This document shows, one piece after another, positions 10,431-21,480 of a DNA stretch of 45,869 nt. Within the stretch, counting starts at the first letter, position 1. The number at the start of each line of letters is the position of its first letter. Both the position numbers and the translations under genes were made by a program. The notes beneath the pieces are model-generated. The model did no database searches and was not told where the DNA came from. It worked only from the letters and a program-made list of their open reading frames with translations. Source of the DNA: Octopus bimaculoides (Eukaryota); the NCBI RefSeq assembly GCF_001194135.2, contig NC_069000.1, positions 30,517,701 through 30,563,569 on the forward strand, read 5' to 3'.

Positions 10431-10976
10431 GGTAGAATGAAACATGTTTTTCTTCACCATTTTTTGTTAATTAAAAACATTAACCCCGAATCTATGATTA
10501 ATAGTCTAAATTGCTTTTGTTACTGATTACTTCATGTGATGCTTGAGTTTGTTGTTTACCTTGAACCAACCCTGATGACCAAAGGCTGTGATTGTTACTC
10601 TCCTACAATTTTTAGAACCTAGCATTACATCACTAAATTTGTCCTTAAGATTAGAAACATGTGATGTGACCCACCATGTAGAGTCATCAATGGATTGTCT
10701 TGCATGTGTGTTAACAAATGATGTACAGTTATGAAGCTATTTTTCTGGTAGCATCTGGAGATTTGGCAATTACCCAAAATTTAGCTGTACTGATGTGTGA
10801 ATAATCAACCCTTATAGTTGTGATTCTCATAGGGGCTACAAGCTATGCAGATTGAAAGGAGATGAATGAGTTGCCATGTTTTAATAAAAAGACACAGCCT
10901 TAAACTTACTTGTTTAACACCAGGGTGAAGGTAAATCAATTATATGGATGTAAATTCTATATTGTCTTCACATTAA

Positions 10977-11150
10977 CCCTTTAACATCTAAACTAGCTAT
11001 ATTCAGCCTCTGATACCAACCCTACTATGTCCTAAAATTAAAGCAATTACATCATTGAAATCTAAAAGCTACAAGATAATGCATAGTTAATTCAAAACAA
11101 TGTGAATAAATAAGCATTACATTTGACAGAGTAATGTGAACACTAAAGGG
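10977..11150. mobile_element. piggyBac-type (TTAA) MITE, decayed
   Basis: TTAA|CCCTTTAAC ... CACTAAAGGG|CTAG; the right TSD is degenerate. Confidence 0.55.
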
Positions 11151-11650
11151 CTAGTAAAAAGTTGGGGAGGAGCAAAAATTGCACTGGATTTCCATTTTTT
11201 TTTTTGGCTTTTTTTTTTTGTAGAGTTGGATGGTGCATGGATATTGTCAGTTTGATAACCACTACCAAGCTGATGTATCAGACCCAATAATTTGGCCAAA
11301 CCATGCGACCATCTTCAATTGTTTTGACAAGCAACTTGTATTTTTTTTTCCTTGCCATACCATTGAAAAAGCCATCATGCTAAACAGTTTAAAACATACT
11401 TCAGAAATGGGACCTGTGTGTTGCTTGCTACTAAGCCACTAAATTATTTTCCGTGCTAGTAAAAACTCCAACCACTGACACTTTTGTTTATACATAAGGA
11501 AAGCATATAAAAAAGACAAGCATATGGGTGGATAAGATGAACATATAAACAACAAGAAAGACATATAGAAATAAATAAAGGTAGACATATAGTTAGGACT
11601 AGGGAAAAATACTAAGAGAGAACGACAGATAGTCAAGTCAGCATCTTTAG

Positions 11651-11871
11651 CTTTTATCCTATACTTGTTTCAGTCATTAGACCGTGACCACAGTGGGGTA
11701 TTGCCTTGAAGAATGTTTACTCATATGAACCAACCTCAGTATTTAATTATTTTTTGTAAAGTCTGGTACTTATTCTATTGGTCTCTTTTGCAAAACTGTT
11801 AAGTTACGGGGATGTAAACACACCAACACCAGTTGTCAAGTGGTGGTGGGAGACAAACACACACACATATA
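11651..11871 (-). mobile_element. SINE family A, 3' half (runs into gap)
   Basis: CTTGTTTCAGTCATTAGAC...TACTTATTCTAT...GGGGATGTAAACACACCAACACCAGTTGTCAAG matches the 24018-24200 copy. Confidence 0.8.
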
Positions 11872-12038
11872 NNNNNNNNNNNNNNNNNNNNNNNNNNNNN
11901 NNNNNNNNNNNNNNNNNNNNNNNNNNNNNNNNNNNNNNNNNNNNNNNNNNNNNNNNNNNNNNNNNNNNNNNNNNNNNNNNNNNNNNNNNNNNNNNNNNNN
12001 NNNNNNNNNNNNNNNNNNNNNNNNNNNNNNNNNNNNNN
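11872..12038. other. Assembly gap
   Basis: N run. Other gaps are at 13178-13576, 15222-15688, 34819-34828 and 44898-45200. Confidence 1.
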
Positions 12039-12258
12039 GCCCACATGGAGCTAAACATAGAGGGGACAAACAAGGACAGACGAAGGGATTAAGTCGATTA
12101 CATCGACCCCAGTGCGTAACTGGTACTTAATTTATCGACCCCGAAAGGATGAAAGGCAAAGTCGGCCTCGGTGGAATTTGAACTCAGAACGTAACGGCAG
12201 ACGAAACACCGCTCAGCATTTCGCCTGGCGTGCTAACGTGTCTGCCAGCTCACCTGCG
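12039..12258 (-). mobile_element. SINE family B, well preserved
   Basis: Revcomp carries a GTTCTGAGTTCAAATTCC B-box-like motif; colinear with the plus copy at 37231-37389. Confidence 0.85.
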
Positions 12259-12851
12259 CCTACATGTATATATATTTCTCATTTCTTAATTCATTTAGAA
12301 TATGTCAATCCCACACTTTGAGTGTCTGTAAAAAAGATAGTGGCACAGCTTTAAGGACCCCTTGAAGTTCTTCAGTAAATTAGAGAAATTAACTAATGGG
12401 AGAGATAATTAAACAAAACAAAGAATAATTGGCATTTCTTCATTTGTTGGACCCCATAGAAGTGAAAGTGTTTTCCTCCAAAATGGAATTACTAAAGAAT
12501 GAAAGTAAACTTGTGGATGGTAGGATCTCGGTACCGGCTGTATTTTATGAAGCATCCAGTGTGACAATGCCATTATCGAAGGTGGATCCATCAAATATAT
12601 TGATTACATTCCTAATTAACGTGAGTAAAGACGGCAGTAAACTACCCATGTGAACAGAAAGTTAACAAGATAAAAGAACGGACACAAGAGACGATCATTT
12701 TTCGGCGAAATTTATGGCCTTCTCCCTTGCATTTGACATTTCGCCTACGAAAGCTAATACTGACAAGGTAAATAGTTTCACTTTCAAAGAAATGCCCATT
12801 GGTTTAAACCGAACTACCACCACCACCACCACCACCACTATTACTCATTAC

Positions 12852-12913
12852 CTACATCAACAAGTATTTGATCCAACACAAGAACGTTTTTGTCATCCAT
12901 CGTCCTTATAATT
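12852..12913 (-). other. Predicted upstream exon of the ZNF gene carrying a uATG
   Basis: Acceptor ATTTTGTATTTGATTACATTAGTTCAG|, donor TAG|GTAATG. The ATG at 12900 has the context ACGATGG. Confidence 0.45.
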
Positions 12914-13964
12914 CTGAACTAATGTAATCAAATACAAAATATTTCTATTCATCAGTACTTGCAAGCACATACATGAGGATACTAGATTTAGTGTTTTTTT
13001 TTCGTTATAATTCCTCATTCCTAAATGAAAAACACACACAAAACCATATCTGAACATATGAGAAACAAAAAAGTCAAAATTTAAAGTTTTTCTTCTGATA
13101 CACAAGGATATGAAGAACCATAATTATCAATTAATATTTCCAAATGAATATAAAGCAATAAATTGTCAGGATCGATANNNNNNNNNNNNNNNNNNNNNNN
13201 NNNNNNNNNNNNNNNNNNNNNNNNNNNNNNNNNNNNNNNNNNNNNNNNNNNNNNNNNNNNNNNNNNNNNNNNNNNNNNNNNNNNNNNNNNNNNNNNNNNN
13301 NNNNNNNNNNNNNNNNNNNNNNNNNNNNNNNNNNNNNNNNNNNNNNNNNNNNNNNNNNNNNNNNNNNNNNNNNNNNNNNNNNNNNNNNNNNNNNNNNNNN
13401 NNNNNNNNNNNNNNNNNNNNNNNNNNNNNNNNNNNNNNNNNNNNNNNNNNNNNNNNNNNNNNNNNNNNNNNNNNNNNNNNNNNNNNNNNNNNNNNNNNNN
13501 NNNNNNNNNNNNNNNNNNNNNNNNNNNNNNNNNNNNNNNNNNNNNNNNNNNNNNNNNNNNNNNNNNNNNNNNNNNNGTTGATTTATCAACTGCGGCAAAA
13601 AGGGGAAAGACCAAGTTGATCCCGATGGGAATCGAACTCTGACGGCGAAGGGAGATAAGCAAACATACGCCCGGCACTCTAAGCAAAATCAACATAGGTA
13701 CAAGACCACAAACTTTGGAGGAGACTTATAATAGAATAAATATATCGACGGCTAGTACTTGAATAGTACGATTCATCAATCCCTGGATGGATGAGAAGCA
13801 AAAGTGACAGCGAGATTCAATCTGAAGGATGCAGAGCGACCGACACTATAACTATTTCGTTGCCTATCAAATGCTTCATGCGTATAGAAGACAAAAAGAT
13901 GGTGATATTTGGGTGACTGTTAGCGTTTACAGTAGTAACCAAATAGTGCAGTAATGATGCTTAC

Positions 13965-14010
13965 CCACAAGTGCACACTTCCAAATGTCGACAGCCGGCG
14001 TGCCGGAAGC
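13965..14010 (-). promoter_or_regulatory. Candidate first exon / core promoter of the ZNF gene
   Basis: CpG-rich patch with ETS-like CCGGAAG (14003-14009) and a strong minus-strand donor TGG|GTAAGC at 13965/13964. Confidence 0.4.
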
Positions 14011-14528
14011 TTAGGTGTGTGTGTGTGTGTGTATAGTGATAACTGGAAGAAGGATATCACGAACTGAAATAATATTCAAGGGTGGCGATTAGGAAGATGG
14101 AAAAGGACGGTGACCAAAATGATGGTCAGTGTCAGAATACGTTACAAGCCATCGTCCCTGTGAGAATTCTTCGTACACACACTGACAGAATAGTTCCGCC
14201 TTCATAAAGTTCCACCACAGGTTCTCGATGATTATCTCCCCTTCATCGAGTTTTCCTTTTGTTATTCAGGATACGAAGTGTTAATCATACCAAGCCAGTA
14301 GTAAACTTATCCGTACGGTTCATGTGTACACACACACACATTATTTTCTTTCGCCATCACAGCTAAAGCCATGCTGAAACACCTTTCGTACTTGGACATA
14401 AATATATATATATATATATATATAATATGCATACATAAATTTAGTCGTAAACAGATGTACACACATGTATGTAAATATGTATACACATGAGAATATAATC
14501 TAGAAATGCATTGTATGTATGTATGTAT

Positions 14529-15110
14529 GTGTGTGGTAAGAAGTTCGCTTCTCAACAACATAGTTCCGGGTTCAGTCCCACTGCGTGACACCTTCGGCTT
14601 GTAACTTCGACTAACCAAAGTCGGTAAATTTTGATATTAACACCCGCACGATTTTCACTAAGAAAAGAAATTACGGAAGACTACCAAGAATATCTATCTA
14701 TCTATCAATAATCGTTTTAACTTAACAGAAAAGGGCTATACTATACTAAGTACAACCATTTCATCTCCACGTGACTCTTGGTAGTCTTCTGTAATTTTTT
14801 TTTTCTTAGTGAAAATCGTGCGGGTGTTTATATCAAAATTTACCTCAAAGTCGTGTGACTGGATTTGGTAGAGGGAAACTGAAAGACGTACGTATATGTG
14901 TGTGAAGATGTTTTCATCACACCTTGACAACCGGTGTTGTGTTTACGTTCCCGAAATTTAGAGCTTCGGCAAAAGACCGAAACTTTAAGTATCAGGATTA
15001 AGAAGAAAAAAAAAAAAATACTGGGGTTCATTCATTCGACTAAAAAATTCTTCAAGGCGGTTCCCAGTATGGCCGCAGTCTAATAGCCAGAACAAGTAGA
15101 AGATAGAAGA
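14529..15110 (+). mobile_element. SINE family A interrupted by a MITE
   Basis: Head GTGTGGTAAGAAGTTCGCTTC...GGTTCAGTCCCACTGCGTG; the body resumes at 14853 with GGATTTGGTAGAGGGAAACTGAAAG. Confidence 0.8.
14623..14844. mobile_element. 222-bp MITE with ~67-bp TIRs and 8-bp TSD (Merlin-like termini)
   Basis: TIRs at 14623-14689 and 14776-14844 (GGTAAATTTTGATAT.AACACCCGCACGATTTTCACTAAG...) are over 90% identical. TSD CCAAAGTC / TCAAAGTC. The GGTAA terminus fits the Merlin GGNRM pattern. Confidence 0.85.
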
Positions 15111-15766
15111 TGGATATACAGACACAATTTAAAATTTAGGGTTCAGCAAGTATTGCTTCACCACACACCGAAAATTAGAAACAGCAGCCATAAACTACTA
15201 TTTCTCTACTAAAATACAACTNNNNNNNNNNNNNNNNNNNNNNNNNNNNNNNNNNNNNNNNNNNNNNNNNNNNNNNNNNNNNNNNNNNNNNNNNNNNNNN
15301 NNNNNNNNNNNNNNNNNNNNNNNNNNNNNNNNNNNNNNNNNNNNNNNNNNNNNNNNNNNNNNNNNNNNNNNNNNNNNNNNNNNNNNNNNNNNNNNNNNNN
15401 NNNNNNNNNNNNNNNNNNNNNNNNNNNNNNNNNNNNNNNNNNNNNNNNNNNNNNNNNNNNNNNNNNNNNNNNNNNNNNNNNNNNNNNNNNNNNNNNNNNN
15501 NNNNNNNNNNNNNNNNNNNNNNNNNNNNNNNNNNNNNNNNNNNNNNNNNNNNNNNNNNNNNNNNNNNNNNNNNNNNNNNNNNNNNNNNNNNNNNNNNNNN
15601 NNNNNNNNNNNNNNNNNNNNNNNNNNNNNNNNNNNNNNNNNNNNNNNNNNNNNNNNNNNNNNNNNNNNNNNNNNNNNNNNNNNNNNNNAAACACGAAAAA
15701 ACAACAACGCGAGGACGTGGAATAAGTACAGTGTTATTGGACGCTCAGGAAAGGAAAGAAAAGAGG

Positions 15767-15801
15767 ATTTCACATTTCGAGCGTAGCTCTTCATCAGAAA
15801 T
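15767..15801 (-). ncRNA. Degenerate minimal type I hammerhead motif
   Basis: Revcomp reads ATTT-CTGATGA-A-GAGC-TAC-GCTC-GAAA-TGT-G-AAAT. The cleavage position is G, so this copy is probably inactive. Confidence 0.5.
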
Positions 15802-16191
15802 ATAGAAAAAGTCCAAAGAAAGGAAGACGGAGACAGAAAATCACCAACGATGCCCACGCGGTCACATATTACTTTCTATAAAGATATACTCGCATTATAC
15901 ATGGATACATAAACGGCCTATATTATAACAGAGAGCATTGCACAGGACTTGACTATATTCAGTCTTCCATTTCCATCACACGACCGCCTTCTTTATCACC
16001 ATTATTCTCTTTCTCATTACACTCTTCTCTATCATTCATTAATCACATCCATCACTTACGTCACTCAACATCATTGCTATTACACTCATTTCAATAACAT
16101 CCTTCTCTAATTCATACTAGGGACGAGCTGAGACCCTGGTGTTGTTGAACAATTAAATGGAGACCACAGAGGCTGGACAGGAGTCTATGGG

Positions 16192-16490
16192 TCTAAGTGT
16201 CTTCTGCTACAGTCTCGGCTGGCCAAAGCCTTGTGAGTGGATTTGGTAGATGGAAATTGAAAGAAGCCCATTGTATATATGTGTGTGTGTTTGTCTCCCA
16301 CCATTGCTTGACAACTGGTATTGGTGTGTTTACATCCCTGTAACTCAGCAGTTTGGCAAAAGTGAACGATAGAATAAGTACCAGGCTTTAAAAAAAATAA
16401 GTACTAGAGTTGATTCATTTGAGTAAAATTTCTTCAAAGCATGCCCCAGCATGGCCACACTCTAATGATTGAAACAGGGATAAAAAGATA
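16192..16490 (+). mobile_element. SINE family A (5'-truncated)
   Basis: GGCCAAAGCCTTGTGAGTGGATTTGGTAGATGGAAATTGAAAGAAGCCC...CCCCAGCATGGCCAC. Confidence 0.8.
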
Positions 16491-17261
16491 TGAATATATA
16501 TATATTTAGATAGATATTCGCATACACACTAATGTAAAATAAAAATAATTCTCCATCACTTTTGACAATGAGTATTCAATCAACTGAGGTACCTCTCCAC
16601 TGTTTTAGTAAAGTGGCTGAGTATCCCATAGACATGTTTACCTCAAACATAATCCTCTGATACAATTAGCATGATCAAGAGTAAGCAACCACACTAGGCA
16701 TTCAAATTACATGTACAGTCAATATGACAAGACTTCAATACAGCATCTGTCTTCAGTCGCAAAGCTTGTGGTGACCTGGTGCTATGAGAAAAGATACTTG
16801 CTCAAGATGCCATACTGTAGCAATGAACCTGGGTGTTTCATGATGGTGAAGCAAACTTCTTAGCTACACGAATATACCTTGTACATATGCTAAGACAATG
16901 AGAGAGCTTTGACTTTAATGTGGTTAATTGACCCCAAAATTCACAACCAAATTTCTTTGAATCACACACTGTCACTTAAAAAAACAAAACGAAACAGAAA
17001 CGTACTTCTAAGTACAAAAAGCAGGATGTACTCATCTGGAATGCTTTTGATAATGGGTTTTCTTAACCAGGGCTTAACTGGAACTTAACAACACCAACTA
17101 TATACTCGTACAATCGCAGTTCTACACAAATCCCCACTTTATGCAAGATTAGTTTACACAGTCATTCAAATGTTTATATAATTATACAGACAACTCCACT
17201 TCATGTAAATAAGATGCACAGAACCAAAAACGATTATCAGGTGGATTGGTATCAAAATGTG

Positions 17262-17512
17262 GACATGCATGGCTTAGTGGTTAGGGTATCAGCATCATGA
17301 TCATAAGATTGTGGTTTTGATTCCTGGGCCAGGCAACATGTTGTATTCTTAAGCAAAACACTTTACTTCACCTTGCTCCAGTCCATTCAGCTGGCAAAAA
17401 TGAGTAATCCTGTGAGAGACTGGCGTCCCATCCAGGTGGGGAATATATACGCCATGAAACAGGGAAACTGGCCCTTGTGAGTCAGAAGGACTTGAGAATG
17501 GAACTTCACCTT
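17262..17512 (+). mobile_element. SINE family C
   Basis: GCATGGCTTAGTGGTTAGGG head; shares ACACTTTACTTCA..TTGCTCCA with the 6499 copy. Confidence 0.75.
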
Positions 17513-17679
17513 TTTTTAAGGTATCAAAATGGTTAAGTAGAATAATATTTATGTTTTTTTCAGAGCTCCTTTTCAGATTCTTTATCTGTATCTCCCAAGG
17601 GAAGCAGAACTGCCTCAATGAATAGCTTTGTCAAATGAGCAGCATCTGAGCTGGGTCATATTAATTACAAACTGACCTC

Positions 17680-18060
17680 TTCCTAGTTGCCTATGTGTGA
17701 ATTCCTGGTGAGAAGCATTCCTTATCAGCTGTTCAATGCTGTAGGGCTTTTTCTAGAGAAAATTTGCATAGTGAATTTAGGGTAACTAAGTAGTGTGGGC
17801 CAAACACTCCTTTCTCTTCTTGTGAACACAGGGGACTGCCACAATATGCAGAAGATGGGTACAAGCGTAGAAACTGGCCAGTATAAAAAATTGTGGGCTG
17901 CCCTTGCAGCCGTGAAAGTTCATCTGCCTTCATTCATTAAGTTGCACCATTGACTGTTTGGCACTCAGGGTGGGCTGGAACATACTTTATCAATTGGAAT
18001 TGACAAACTGGCTCTAATTACACATGCAAGCATCTTTGTGTAGGTAACTAGGGAGACTAC
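17680..18060 (-). mobile_element. Highly decayed CR1-like LINE 3' end
   Basis: Broken minus-strand frames (VQPTLS, PHYLVTLNSL, TALNS..ECF) weakly recall CR1-type RT C-termini. Confidence 0.35.
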
Positions 18061-18179
18061 TCCAGAAAGGTACAAGTAGAAATTCCAGCTCTTTTCTTTT
18101 TTTGCATCTGTCTATTTTTTAACAACTCCCCTCATGGTAAACTAAGTGTTATTCCTAACATGGCCACCCAGTTAACATC

Positions 18180-18500
18180 ATGTGATCCATGAGTACCTTT
18201 ATTTGGGTGGAAAGCCTCACATGATGCTTGATTTAACCCACATACCCAAAGATAATATCATGCTTTTAGTTGGGTGGAATGACTCATTTAACACCACCTC
18301 TACATAAAACCTTGTATACTTTCAATTGGGAAAGCCTCATATGATGCCTGGTTTAACCCCGTTCCCAAGATTATCTTTGAGTGTTTTTAGTCGGGTGGGA
18401 GACCACACATGACGTCCATTTTAAACTCTCACATCAAATGATCCTTGGGTACCTTTAGTTGAGTGATAGGCATATTACACTAGCCAGTTTAAAAGTGCCA
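18180..18500. repeat. Degenerate minisatellite, ~64-bp period, 5 copies
   Basis: The anchor TTGGGTGG/TCGGGTGG/TTGAGTG recurs at about 18203, 18270, 18326, 18391 and 18459. GAAAGCCTCA.ATGATGC.TG.TTTAACCC occurs in copies 1 and 3. Confidence 0.65.
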
Positions 18501-18984
18501 TTACACTCAGGCCTCGGGCACCTTCAGCTTTAGCATAATGCTTCCTGTCCTGCATACATTAACATTCAGAATGGGTATCAGTAATATCAGTCTCACCAGT
18601 ATGAAACCATGGCAACCAAAGGTTATGAGCATTTTCTCTCATTTCCTTGAATAACTTATAAACAAGCCAATAAGAAAGACTCTAGATGATTAGTCAACCC
18701 CCAAGAAACAACAGCCAAATCTCCCTCATATTCTACTGTCTTAACAAAAAATAAAAATCATATTAAATAACACAGCTTGAGAATTATTACATCTGGCAAA
18801 AACCCTACAAAAAAAAAAAAAGAAGAAAAATACAGGATGGTTATTATGATAATCCCTGGGCTAAAACAACAACAGTACTAAATAAACAGTAAGGGGATTA
18901 AATTTGAACACATTTCACTTGGAGGGACAAATGTGAAAAACACATAAACAAAAAATTACAAATTGGAAGGGAAGGACAGGCTCT

Positions 18985-19130
18985 CATCATCATCATCATC
19001 ATCATCACCACCATTTAATGTCAACTTTTCCATGCTCTCATGGGTCAGATGGAATTTGTTGAAGCAGATTTTCTACAGTCGGATGTCCTTCCACTCACCA
19101 ACCCTCACCTATTTCCCCACAGTCAGACAT
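18985..19130 (-). mobile_element. RTE 3'-end fragment, older subfamily, with (GAT)n tail
   Basis: (TCA)n followed by TTTAATGTC..CTTTTCCATGCT..CATGGGT; similar copy at 23152-23340. Confidence 0.6.
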
Positions 19131-19310
19131 GCTCATTTACAACCATCACATCATGCCAAGAAGAGGGCACACAAATACACATACACACAGTGAGCGTCAT
19201 TAAATTTCCCTCCCTCAAACCAACTCACAAGGATTAGGTGGGCCTGGAATGATAGAGTATGCTTGCCCAAGGTACTGCGCTGTGAAACTGGGTGCATATA
19301 TATATATATA

Positions 19311-19518
19311 TCATCATCATCATCATCGTTTAACGTCCGCTTTCCATGCTAGCATGGGTTGGACGATTTGACTGAGGACTGGTGCAACCGGATGGCTACA
19401 CCAGGCTCCAATCTAATTTGGCAGAGTTTCTACAGCTGGATGCCCTTCCTAACGCCAACCACTCAGAGAGTGTAGTGGGTGCTTTTACGTGTCACCCGCA
19501 CGAAAACGGCCACGCTCG
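19311..19518 (-). mobile_element. 5'-truncated RTE 3'-end copy (left arm of a long inverted repeat)
   Basis: The (GAT)n tail and the AAAAGCACCCA.TACACTCT motif match the end of the RTE at 27680-27783. Confidence 0.75.
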
Positions 19519-19844
19519 ATGTTTGTTTTTATGTTCACTTATAACAAAAACAATTTTACATTAATCTGATGAGTTCCTATACTTTTGTATTCAAAATTGC
19601 TGTCAACAACATTCTTGTTTAAGAATAAAATATACATCTACATACTCACTGTATCCACACACACATGTATGAATGAAAAATCATACAAATCTCATTATCA
19701 CTGAACATTATGAGCATAGTGATAATGAATGAAGTGCAATTTCAAAAAAATATATACATGACAAAAGTTGTTTGTTTAACCCTAGGTCAATCTCGATTTA
19801 ACAGAACTATGATCAAAGGTGGTCCATCATGACCATTTCATGTT

Positions 19845-20008
19845 CACCCACTACACTCTCTGAGTGGTTGGCGTTAAGAAGGGCATCCAGCTGTAGAAAC
19901 TCTGCCAAATTAGATTGGAGCCTGGTGTTGCCATCCGGTTTCACCAGTCCTCAGTCAAATCGTCCAACCCATGCTAGCATGGAAGGCGGACGTTAAACGA
20001 TGATGATG
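19845..20008 (+). mobile_element. 5'-truncated RTE 3'-end copy (right arm)
   Basis: Revcomp equals 19318-19481 with 4 mismatches in 164 bp. Confidence 0.8.
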
Positions 20009-21003
20009 TTCTTTTTCTTTTCCAGATGAAATCTGTATAAGACTACACCAGCCAATGTATCCAATCATTTTTAACATAGAAGACTGGAAGATATGAATGA
20101 GGTGTGGCCACTGCTCAAATGAATATACATATACAAAGCTATTGCTGAAAACAAACTATCATATTATGGAAATTGCATGGAAGCCCAGTGATAAAATTTG
20201 AAAATTTATCTCCCTTCAATTCTGGTGTTTTCTCAAATAAACAAACATGCACATTAACGCAGAAAAACATGTATATATATTCAGACACATACTGAAACAT
20301 CATAAATAAATGGAAATATCTCATATCAGAAAAGTTTGAAGTTTTTTAATTCATTTCTTTTCTGCTGTGTACTGAAAGAAATTTCACAAACACACATGCC
20401 AAGTATAGATCTAGGAAGACCATAGTTTAAATGAGGACTTAATAGATATGTAAAGTGGTTTATAGATCATCAAAGGGAGTATTGTGAGTGCATGTGGACA
20501 AGTTCTGAATAAATATATATTTACAGGTCTTATCTGTCCAGTCATAATATTCATTTATATTTATTATTTACATAATTTTTTCATATCTTGTAGATCAATG
20601 AAAGAACTAACAAAGAAGAAAATTAGTCCAAATCCTTTTAGAGACAAAATTTTTCAAGGAATTTTCTCAGTTATATTATCCATCATGAACTGAAGTAGAT
20701 AAACTGTAGGCAGTAAAATCATTTACACATGCCTAGGTGTAAGTCATAAATAACTTTTGATAAATATATGGGTGAAGTGCTGTCATTTTTTCATGGTGCA
20801 GGCTTACAAGCAATGCGATAAATAAATCATTGACAAAATCTTCAGTAAATAAACAAAGAAGTTTTGTTTTAACCTAAATAAAATATTAAAACAATTTAAA
20901 TGAACATTTCCCTCATATTTAATTCTCTTTGGATCTAATTCTTCAAAGTATTTTCGATAAAACTTTAATTATTCATATTGTACAAGTAATTATTCGTATT
21001 GTA

Positions 21004-21480
21004 TCAGGCTGTAATGAAAGCTCTGTCCATTTTTTTGAAGGATAATTATAAGACATGATTACATCAATCTAGCTTCTAAATGATATTAGTAGCTATTTAA
21101 ATCACTAAAATATTTCTTCTTTCAGATGGTTCAAATATACACTCCAAGAGCACATATGGCATGCTTTGCTGTTTGAATTCCAGAAGGGGAATACAGCAAG
21201 TTCAGCAGCATGATCACTCAAAAGCACTTATGGAAATGTTGTGGTGAATGAAAGGACATGCAGAAGATGGTTTTTCACATTTCAAAAAAGGTGTCTTTGG
21301 TCTGAAAGATGAAGCAAAAGAAGGATGCCCCAAAGGACTCAATTCTGAGGAATTACAAGCTACTGTTGATGAAAATCCATCCATTACAAACCAGGGAACT
21401 GAGTCAGGAGTTTAATGTGAGCCATATGACCACCTATCATGAAAAAATAAGGCTTGGCAAAGTTCTGTTTTGAAAATAAT
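21004..21480 (+). mobile_element. Mariner transposon 5' part, degenerate transposase
   Basis: TA|TCAGGCTGTAATGAAAG TIR-like start. Translation HIWHALLFEFQKGNTASSAA*SLKSTYGNVVVNERTCRRWFSHFKKGVFGLKDEAKEGCPK resembles the Mos1-type N-terminal HTH. Confidence 0.85.

Noticed and set aside
12429-12653. 74-aa plus-strand ORF
   Set aside because: It is short, has no recognisable domain and is antisense within the predicted ZNF intron.
11778-15857. Long ORFs containing X runs (also 44792-45384)
   Set aside because: They are open only because they span assembly gaps.
18180-18500. Repeat-spacer-like periodicity suggestive of CRISPR
   Set aside because: The units are degenerate along their whole length, there are no cas genes and the context is eukaryotic.
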